A stretch of 5,528 nt of DNA from a virus, in the UHGV virus genome UHGV-0385622. One strand, written 5' to 3'. The notes under the pieces were generated by a model. The model did no database searches and was not told the origin of the DNA. It saw only the letters and a program-made list of their open reading frames with translations. Numbering within the stretch: the first letter of the stretch is position 1; every line of letters begins with the position of its first letter. Positions 1 to 5,528 of the stretch are shown here, in pieces. The translations under genes and the position numbers were made by a program.

Positions 1-51
1 GAATCAAAATCGACACAGTCGAAGTATCAACAACAACAAAAATCAAGTAAC

Positions 52-357
52 ATGGACAAAAAATTCAGAAATCAGCTACTTGCTGAAAGCGGAAAAAAAG
101 AGAGCGAAATCGAAAGCGTAAACCTCGAAATCGAAGAAAGAGAGCAATCGAAAAACGGCATATTCGTGCTGATCCGCAACAAGAATAACAAATGGGTGAT
201 CACAATGTGCGGCTCGATGTTAAACGCAAAAGAATTCGACACTAAAGAAGAAGCGGAAGAACACATAGCTAAAAAAGAATGGGAAGACATCCTGACCGCA
301 ACATTCATATTCATCCTGCACGTAAACGAAGAAATGAAAAACAATCAAACAAAATAA
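52..357 (+). CDS. Hypothetical small protein (101 aa), charged K/E-rich with a short hydrophobic C-terminal stretch; function unknown
   Basis: ATG-initiated ORF on the same strand as the core genes, ending 3 nt before the capsid gene start (tight packing typical of microviruses). A TAA at 48-50 lies immediately upstream of its ATG. I recognise no motifs. The composition bias (A-rich strand) weakens ORF-length evidence. Confidence 0.4.
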   Translation: MDKKFRNQLLAESGKKESEIESVNLEIEEREQSKNGIFVLIRNKNNKWVITMCGSMLNAKEFDTKEEAEEHIAKKEWEDILTATFIFILHVNEEMKNNQTK

Positions 358-360
358 GCC

Positions 361-2409
361 ATGAAAAAAACATTAGGAGGAGACAGAATCCGAAGCGAAA
401 GTAAAATGGAAGTATATCTGCCCAATTTCGGCAGATCATCGCATAACATAGGAAAAATAATCCGAACATCACAAGCATGCGGTACAATCGTTCCCTACTG
501 GTGCCAGATAGGTATGGACGGAACGACATTCTACATCGATATCACGACAAAAGTAAAAACACTGCCGACGACCGGACCTGTATTCGGCAGCTTCAAACAC
601 CAAATCGACGTATTCGTAATTCCGATCAGACTCTACGTTGCAGCGCTGCACAACAACGCTCTGGGAGTAGGGCTGAACATGAGCAAAGTGCTGCTGCCAC
701 AATTTCAAGTGTATTCAGCCAATACATCGATCTACGAAAACGACACCAACAGAGGGCAGGTCAATCCGAGCTCGCTGCTCTCATACTTGGGAATCAAGGG
801 GTTCGGACGATCCGAGGTAAATCAATACCTCCGAAGATTTCCTGCGATATTCAATCTGGCGTACTGGGATATATTCAAAAACTACTACGCCAACAAACAA
901 GAAGAAAAGGCATATGTAATCACTGGAGTGGACCATATTTGGAAATCGATCCAGATAGGAGACGGGGTCAGTTGGAGCGTAACATGGAATAATAACTCAT
1001 CTTCAACATACACAGCCTCTCCAACAAGTCAAAAACCGTTGTTCATCAAGCTGGAATTCGAAGAGAACATCTCGCCCGAAGAGGTTAATGAGATACAATT
1101 CTTGACAAACAATCCATACGTACCGACAGTAGAGAGCAACGGCATAACGAAACTCGGAGATACTTTCGTATTCCAACGAACAGATCCGGACGCGCCGGGA
1201 ATCAAGGAACCGGAAAACCCGAGAAAGGCGACCAAAATTTACGTGTATCAGATCAAAAAGGCCGTCAAATTCGCATACAAAATAACTTCTACGTCCGGGA
1301 AAAATTTGATAACAATGCCGGACAACCAAAAAATCAAACTAACAGCATTCGCGTTAAAAAACATCGACGACGAACGGAATTCAATCTTAGCGGCACCCAG
1401 CTCCTCGGCATATATAGTAGCTAATACAAAATTGCCATACATGGCAGCAACAGCGACTTTAGATCTGCCGAATCATGATCGCACAAAAACATATCACAGC
1501 TCAAATGCATGGTTCTCACAAGCAGGGTTAGCGGTAAAAACATACCTTAGCGACAGGTTCAACAACTGGCTGAACACCGAATGGATCGACGGAACGACCG
1601 GGGGGATCAACGCGATCACGGCGGTAGATGTAAGCGATGGAAAACTTACGATGGATGCTCTGATCCTCCAAAAGAAGATTTTCAACATGCTGAATCGCGT
1701 AGCCATTACAGACGGCTCCTATCAGGCGTGGAGAGAAGCGACATACGGGATCAGAAGCACGACACTGCCTGAATCTCCCATCTTCTGCGGCGGAATGCAG
1801 AGCGAAATCGCATTCGACGAAATCGTATCGAACTCAGCGACAGATGAAGAGCCATTAGGAACACTTGCCGGACGAGGAGTCGCAACCATGTACAAATCCG
1901 GAAGGGGCTTGAAAATCAAATGCACAGAACCAAGCATGATCATAGCCTTAGGATCGATTACTCCCCGAATCGATTACAGCCAAGGCAACAAATGGTGGAC
2001 AAGACTGCAAAATATGGATGACTTCCATAAGCCGACATTGGACGCAATCGGATTTCAAGAACTGATAGCAGAAGAAGCAGCTGCATGGAGTACAGAAACC
2101 ACTGAAAACTACACACACACGTACCAATCATTAGGAAAACAACCGTCATGGATCGAATACACGACAGACGTAAACGAAACATACGGCGAATTTGCTGCCG
2201 GCATGCCCTTGGCATTCATGTGCTTGAACAGGGTATACGAAGAAAATAAAGACGGCTCGATCAAAAACGCATCGACATACATCGACCCTACAATATACAA
2301 CAGCATATTCGCAGAGTCGAGACTGAGTTCGCAAAACTTCTGGGTACAAGTAGCGTTCGACGTAACAGCACGTCGAGTAATGTCAGCAAAACAAATTCCA
2401 AATCTGTAA
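361..2409 (+). CDS. VP1: Microviridae major capsid protein (VP1 / F-protein family), 682 aa
   Basis: Longest ORF in the window. The N-terminal region (..NFGRSSHNIGKIIRTSQACGTIVPYWCQIGMDGTTFYID...VFVIPIRLYVAAL..) follows the pattern I recall from gokushovirus/Alpavirinae VP1 N-termini (basic start, then G.L.P....E.LPGDTF...FVP.RL.W-like block). Its size suits a jelly-roll capsid protein with large insertion loops. It is co-oriented and adjacent to the pilot and Rep genes. The start could alternatively be the in-frame ATG at 406. Confidence 0.88.
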   Translation: MKKTLGGDRIRSESKMEVYLPNFGRSSHNIGKIIRTSQACGTIVPYWCQIGMDGTTFYIDITTKVKTLPTTGPVFGSFKHQIDVFVIPIRLYVAALHNNALGVGLNMSKVLLPQFQVYSANTSIYENDTNRGQVNPSSLLSYLGIKGFGRSEVNQYLRRFPAIFNLAYWDIFKNYYANKQEEKAYVITGVDHIWKSIQIGDGVSWSVTWNNNSSSTYTASPTSQKPLFIKLEFEENISPEEVNEIQFLTNNPYVPTVESNGITKLGDTFVFQRTDPDAPGIKEPENPRKATKIYVYQIKKAVKFAYKITSTSGKNLITMPDNQKIKLTAFALKNIDDERNSILAAPSSSAYIVANTKLPYMAATATLDLPNHDRTKTYHSSNAWFSQAGLAVKTYLSDRFNNWLNTEWIDGTTGGINAITAVDVSDGKLTMDALILQKKIFNMLNRVAITDGSYQAWREATYGIRSTTLPESPIFCGGMQSEIAFDEIVSNSATDEEPLGTLAGRGVATMYKSGRGLKIKCTEPSMIIALGSITPRIDYSQGNKWWTRLQNMDDFHKPTLDAIGFQELIAEEAAAWSTETTENYTHTYQSLGKQPSWIEYTTDVNETYGEFAAGMPLAFMCLNRVYEENKDGSIKNASTYIDPTIYNSIFAESRLSSQNFWVQVAFDVTARRVMSAKQIPNL

Positions 2410-2413
2410 TACT

Positions 2414-2737
2414 ATGAAAACAACAAGAAATAGAAAAGGATGTATCGATAATCCGAACCTTACCTACGAGGCAGAACCGAGGGAAGTGAAACTAAGAAAG
2501 ATAATCAGCGGAGAAGCCAGTAACATGGAGGATGGAGTATTCCCGACAATCTACACGGAAAAAAAAGATGGAGTGCGACCCGAATACGACATAAGAACAG
2601 ATCGATTCGAAGTAGCGATAGACGCGATGGACAAAATCAACCAAAGCACAGCGGACCAGATCGCGAAGAACAAGGGCGAAACTGAAAGTGTGAAAACCTT
2701 CGGGACAGAAGGAAAAACCGATCCCGAAAAGAGCTAA
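2414..2737 (+). CDS. Hypothetical small acidic protein (107 aa); possibly a scaffolding-like or other virion-assembly accessory protein (speculative)
   Basis: ATG at 2414 sits 4 nt after the VP1 stop (TAA 2407-2409), suggesting translational coupling. It is D/E-rich. It is followed by a strong hairpin plus T-run (2767-2798), consistent with the end of a transcription unit. No motif I recognise. Confidence 0.45.
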   Translation: MKTTRNRKGCIDNPNLTYEAEPREVKLRKIISGEASNMEDGVFPTIYTEKKDGVRPEYDIRTDRFEVAIDAMDKINQSTADQIAKNKGETESVKTFGTEGKTDPEKS

Positions 2738-2766
2738 AGCAGTCGTATAAAGATCTACCAAAACTC

Positions 2767-2798
2767 AAAGAGGGGGGATATTTCCGCCCCCCCTCTTT
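2767..2798 (+). terminator. Perfect 11-bp G/C-rich inverted repeat (AAAGAGGGGGG ... CCCCCCTCTTT) with ~10-nt loop, followed by TTTT; candidate intrinsic terminator and/or replication-origin-like hairpin
   Basis: Read directly: 2767-2777 AAAGAGGGGGG, loop ATATTTCCGC, 2788-2798 CCCCCCTCTTT, then a T at 2799. It lies in the only sizeable intergenic region (2738-2893). The G6/C7 tracts stand out in an otherwise AT-rich genome. Confidence 0.55.
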
Positions 2799-2893
2799 TA
2801 GCCCTCGTAAATATATGTGGCACAGAGCGGTAGACATTTATACATATATAACAAGAACTATAGGTATAAATTCTTTTTTAAAAAAGAACGAAA
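2799..2893 (+). promoter_or_regulatory. AT-rich intergenic region upstream of the VP2-VP4 gene block; probable promoter region (TATAAA at 2865-2870, ~24 nt upstream of the ATG)
   Basis: AT-rich tract with TATACATATATA and TATAAA elements between the hairpin and the next gene start. I found no clear -35 or Bacteroidetes-type -7/-33 consensus, so this is a weak call. Confidence 0.25.
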
Positions 2894-4102
2894 ATGAACT
2901 TCAAAGATCTACTGAAACTACTCGAAAAAGGAGAGGATGTCATGAACCCTCTCTCGGGAATCGTCGGCGATGTTTCATCAATCCTCAACACGCTGGGCGT
3001 AGGCAGCAGGAGACAGATAAGGCAGCAGAAGGAGATGGCGGAGAACGCAGCCAAAATAAATTACAAATACGGAGAATTGGCGGCGGAAAATGCATTCGAA
3101 AGACAACAAGTGTTATACAACAGGACCTATCAAGACCAAAGTTACGCCAACCAAGTCGCGCAAATGGATGCAGCGGGATTGTCTCCCGGTCTGATGTATG
3201 GCAAAGGAGGTGCCGGAGGCGGAGGAGCCGGTTCGACAACCGGTGCTCCAATGGGTGCAACAGGAGCTACAGGAGCAGGAACAGCAGCCGATCCGAATAT
3301 GCGACTGCAGGCATTGATGTCATTGCGACAGGTACGGATGAGCGAACGAAAGAACGAGGCAGAAATCAACCTGCTCAATACGCAAGCAGATGCACTCAAG
3401 GCGGAAGCAGGCAAAAACCAAGAGGAAACCCAATCGATAGTCGAAAAAAGATTGTGGCAAGTAAAACAAGAGATGTACGAAGGGTGGAAAGGTTTCATCA
3501 ATACGGCAAACCAACTATGGGACCAGATGGTAAAATGGCAGCCTACAGAGAAAACGACGATCGACGGCAAAGAAGTCGAAATACCGAAGTACTTCGAAAT
3601 AGAGGACGATAAATTCGGGAAGATCGTATTCGGAGAAGAATCATTCCAGGGCGATATGATGAAAGCCGAAAAACAAATCCTCGAAGGAACAGCGGCAATC
3701 AAAACTCTGGAGAGCATATATGCAGACGAGAAACTATCGGCAGAAGTCAGAAAAATAAACGCGGACGCATGCAGCGCAATGGCTCAAGCAGCTTACTACT
3801 ACGCAGCTGGCGAAACCCAAAAAGCAGAGGCAAAAGTACTCGAAGCAAAAAAGAGGACCGAAGAAGCAACCGCCGATCTGCGAGAACTCCAATATTGGAC
3901 CGAAATAGCAAACACGATCCTCAAGCTGGCGCAAGTAGTAGGAAACATGGTAATCGGAGGAAAAACAGGAAAAGCGATCAGGGAATTCACAGAAAAAAAG
4001 ATGAACAATACTCCCCCCATGAACTCATCGACAGTAACACAACACTACGATCCGGAGATGAAATTCAAAGGAGTAGATAAGACCGTAACGACAAAATGGT
4101 AG
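2894..4102 (+). CDS. VP2: Microviridae DNA pilot / minor capsid protein (VP2 / H-protein functional analogue), 402 aa
   Basis: N-terminal ..QMDAAGLSPGLMYGKGG.. resembles the AAGLNP-type motif I recall near the N-terminus of gokushovirus VP2 proteins. A Gly/Ala/Thr-rich low-complexity tract follows (~3200-3292). The C-terminal half is long, charged and helical (KAEAGKNQEETQ..., ..EAKVLEAKKRTEEATADLRELQYW..), as expected for a pilot protein forming a coiled-coil tube. It sits between the capsid and Rep genes. An alternative in-frame start is at 2942 (MNPLSGIVG...). Confidence 0.78.
   Translation: MNFKDLLKLLEKGEDVMNPLSGIVGDVSSILNTLGVGSRRQIRQQKEMAENAAKINYKYGELAAENAFERQQVLYNRTYQDQSYANQVAQMDAAGLSPGLMYGKGGAGGGGAGSTTGAPMGATGATGAGTAADPNMRLQALMSLRQVRMSERKNEAEINLLNTQADALKAEAGKNQEETQSIVEKRLWQVKQEMYEGWKGFINTANQLWDQMVKWQPTEKTTIDGKEVEIPKYFEIEDDKFGKIVFGEESFQGDMMKAEKQILEGTAAIKTLESIYADEKLSAEVRKINADACSAMAQAAYYYAAGETQKAEAKVLEAKKRTEEATADLRELQYWTEIANTILKLAQVVGNMVIGGKTGKAIREFTEKKMNNTPPMNSSTVTQHYDPEMKFKGVDKTVTTKW
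3200..3292 (+). repeat. Gly/Ala/Thr-rich low-complexity coding tract inside VP2 (GKGGAGGGGAGSTTGAPMGATGATGAGTAAD)
   Basis: Read from the translation: runs of GGN/GCN codons, a local GC spike. Gly-rich linkers are typical of microvirus pilot proteins. Confidence 0.6.
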
Positions 4103-4140
4103 AAAAATGATTTTAAAGGGGCAAAATTCAATTAAAAGCA

Positions 4141-5052
4141 GTGTGTCTATATCCAAGTACCATAGAGAATCCAAAGTACGCCAAATCGAACGAAAACGCT
4201 AAAAGAATAAGAGACCGTCGTCTGAGATGGATACAAATTCCATGCGGACACTGCGAAGAATGCAGACGCGCAAAAGCAAATGAATGGAGAGTAAGATTGA
4301 TGGAAGAAATAAAATCCAATCCGAAAAATACTATATTTGCAACGCTGACGTTCTCAGAAGAAAGCCTAAAGAAATTAGAATATGACGAAAACGAACCGAA
4401 CAAAACACCTCAAAAAGCAGTCAGCCTATTCAGAAAACGATGGTGGAAAAAGTATAAAAAACCACTCAAACACTGGCTAATCACAGAAATGGGACACGAC
4501 AATACCAAAAGAATACATCTGCACGGCATTATATGGACAGAACTAACAGAGGAACAATTCGAAAAAGAATGGGGGTACGGCTGGATATTCTTCGGGTATG
4601 AAGTAAACGAAAAAACAATAAACTACATCGTAAAATACATAACGAAAAAAGACGAAGACAACCCTGAATTCAACGGAAAGATATTCACCTCAAAAAGAAT
4701 CGGAATAAACTACATAAACAAAAACACACTCAACAGGCATAGATATCAGGATAAATTCACAGAAGAAACATACAGAACAAATTCAGGAATAAAAACAGCA
4801 CTACCAGCATACTACAGACAAAAAATATGGACAGATCAAGAACGCGAAGCCCTCCGGATCATAAAGGAGGAGAAACAAGTAAAATACTACAACAAAACCC
4901 CTATCAAAGTAGAAACAGTAGAGCAATACAAAGAGTATGTACACGCAGTAAAATATTGGCAGTCAATCAAAAAGTATGACGGAAAGAGAAAAGAAGGAAA
5001 TATGCAAGGCATATGCAGACCTGATCATAAAGAAGGAGAATTTAATTCGTGA
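4141..5052 (+). CDS. VP4: Rolling-circle replication initiator protein (Microviridae VP4 / phiX174 gene A family), 303 aa, GTG start
   Basis: Three canonical RCR motifs are readable. Motif 1 is FATLTF (~4336-4353). Motif 2 is RIHLHGIIW, the HxH metal-binding motif (4516-4524). Motif 3 is NYIVKYITKKDED with two Tyr four residues apart (~4624-4650), matching the phiX174 A protein pattern YVAKYVNKK. An N-terminal CGHCEEC zinc-finger-like cluster (4243-4263) and a MCLYPSTIENPKY-type N-terminus (C..P..I.NP) are common in gokushovirus VP4. No in-frame ATG lies between the upstream stop (TAA 4114-4116) and the zinc finger, so GTG at 4141 is the likely start. Confidence 0.9.
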   Translation: MCLYPSTIENPKYAKSNENAKRIRDRRLRWIQIPCGHCEECRRAKANEWRVRLMEEIKSNPKNTIFATLTFSEESLKKLEYDENEPNKTPQKAVSLFRKRWWKKYKKPLKHWLITEMGHDNTKRIHLHGIIWTELTEEQFEKEWGYGWIFFGYEVNEKTINYIVKYITKKDEDNPEFNGKIFTSKRIGINYINKNTLNRHRYQDKFTEETYRTNSGIKTALPAYYRQKIWTDQEREALRIIKEEKQVKYYNKTPIKVETVEQYKEYVHAVKYWQSIKKYDGKRKEGNMQGICRPDHKEGEFNS

Positions 5053-5055
5053 AAT

Positions 5056-5415
5056 ATGGGAAACGGAATTCGCAATCAGAAAAATAGAGAATATATTGAC
5101 CAGAAACAGGATAATAAAATCACCAAAGGAAGAGGAGACATCGGAGATAGATCCACTAATCTTACAAAACTGATCGGTGCAGAAACAGTATCCAGACGAG
5201 ACTTCATATACGAAGGAACATTCTACGTGACAGAAGACGGAGAAACATTCGACAAGGAATACGTAGATACTCAAAAACCACAAAGAACCGGCATCAGCTT
5301 CTACGAAGTAAGCAACTGGATATACAACGAAAGAAAACAACTATACGAACCTATTGTCAGAAGGATAGTAATGATCAAAAAAACCGACACTCAATTATCA
5401 CTGAACTATGAATGA
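5056..5415 (+). CDS. Hypothetical protein (119 aa), aromatic-rich C-terminal half; function unknown
   Basis: ATG 4 nt after the VP4 stop (TGA 5050-5052), same strand, tight packing. The C-terminal half (FIYEGTFYVTEDGETFDKEYVD...ISFYEVSNWIYNERKQLYEP) looks like a folded domain, not low-complexity read-through. No motif I recognise. Confidence 0.45.
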   Translation: MGNGIRNQKNREYIDQKQDNKITKGRGDIGDRSTNLTKLIGAETVSRRDFIYEGTFYVTEDGETFDKEYVDTQKPQRTGISFYEVSNWIYNERKQLYEPIVRRIVMIKKTDTQLSLNYE

Positions 5416-5528
5416 AAAAGTAAAGAAAATCGTAAAATGGATCGCGGTAATAGCAGCCGCAATCGGCGCCGCAGCCGCCGTAATCATGGAGCAAGGATGC
5501 ACTCACAAGCACTACCTCAAAGCAAACG
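5408..5528 (+). CDS. Partial ORF (continues beyond window end) for a small predicted single-pass membrane protein: MNEKVKKIVKWIAVIAAAIGAAAAVIMEQGCTHKHYLKAN...
   Basis: ATG at 5408 overlaps the stop of the preceding ORF (ATGAATGA). The N-terminus is Lys-rich (positive-inside) and is followed by a 17-residue hydrophobic stretch (WIAVIAAAIGAAAAVIM) encoded by a local GC-rich island of GCN codons. It runs off the 3' end. If the molecule is circular it continues ...GIKIDTVEVSTTTKIK and stops at the TAA at 48-50, directly before the ATG at 52. The alternative frame (ATG 5437, Arg-rich) cannot be excluded. Confidence 0.35.
   Translation, partial: MNEKVKKIVKWIAVIAAAIGAAAAVIMEQGCTHKHYLKAN

Noticed and set aside
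30-50. Simple CAA/AAA repeat (caacaacaacaaaaatcaag) upstream of the first ORF
   Set aside because: Too short and degenerate to call a repeat element. In the circular reading it simply encodes TTTK at the C-terminus of the junction-spanning ORF.
477-992. 171-aa Arg-rich + strand ORF in an alternative frame inside the VP1 gene
   Set aside because: It lies wholly within the conserved N-terminal part of the capsid gene. The translation is Arg/Gln/Ser low-complexity, typical of an off-frame reading of an A/G-rich coding strand. It has no independent start context.
1581-1772. 63-aa + strand ORF (MDRRNDRGDQRDHGGRCKRWKTYDG...) inside VP1
   Set aside because: Same reasoning: an off-frame, Arg/Asp-rich artefact within the capsid gene.
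4106-4201. 31-codon ATG ORF (MILKGQNSIKSSVSISKYHRESKVRQIERKR) overlapping the VP4 start in another frame
   Set aside because: Too short and unremarkable to call a gene. Mentioned only as a possible upstream or coupling ORF for the GTG-initiated Rep.
72-5340. All minus-strand ORFs in the track, including the 191-aa ORF at 3142-3717 and the 125-aa ORF at 4963-5340
   Set aside because: They are antisense to well-supported microvirus core genes. Their translations are low-complexity and Cys/Phe/Ser-rich. The T-rich, A-poor minus strand has few stop codons by composition alone. Microviridae are transcribed from one strand.
1-5528. Possibility that this is an integrated prophage or part of a cellular defence/accessory island
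   Set aside because: I recognise no integrase, recombinase, tRNA, attachment-site repeats or flanking cellular genes. The content is fully explained by a microvirus genome, and the ends can be joined into a sensible ORF, favouring a free circular genome. Integration via host Xer recombinases is not excluded, but no dif-like site was identified by eye.

Overview
This window reads as a compact, probably complete genome of a small ssDNA phage of the family Microviridae. It resembles the gokushovirus / Alpavirinae-like 'gut microvirus' type rather than the phiX174 type. All credible genes are on the + strand and tightly packed.

Gene layout:
- 52-357: small ORF of unknown function, 101 aa.
- 361-2409: major capsid protein (VP1-like), 682 aa.
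- 2414-2737: small acidic ORF, 107 aa.
- 2767-2798: strong G/C-stem hairpin followed by a T-run, in the only sizeable intergenic region, then an AT-rich stretch up to the next gene.
- 2894-4102: DNA pilot / minor capsid protein (VP2-like), 402 aa, with an AAGLSP motif and a Gly-rich tract.
- 4141-5052: rolling-circle replication initiator (VP4-like), 303 aa, GTG start. It carries FATLTF, HLH and YIVKYITKK motifs plus a CxxCxxC finger.
- 5056-5415: ORF of unknown function, 119 aa.
- 5408-end: small ORF for a predicted single-pass membrane protein that runs off the end of the window. If the molecule is circular it closes at a TAA at 48-50, immediately before the ATG at 52.

The + strand is strongly A-rich and T-poor. 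That leaves few stop codons in any frame on either strand, so the many alternative-frame and minus-strand ORFs in the track are most likely compositional artefacts.

I found no tRNA, rRNA, CRISPR, integrase or defence-system-like content. What looks new is limited to the unannotated small proteins, notably the junction-spanning membrane-protein candidate.
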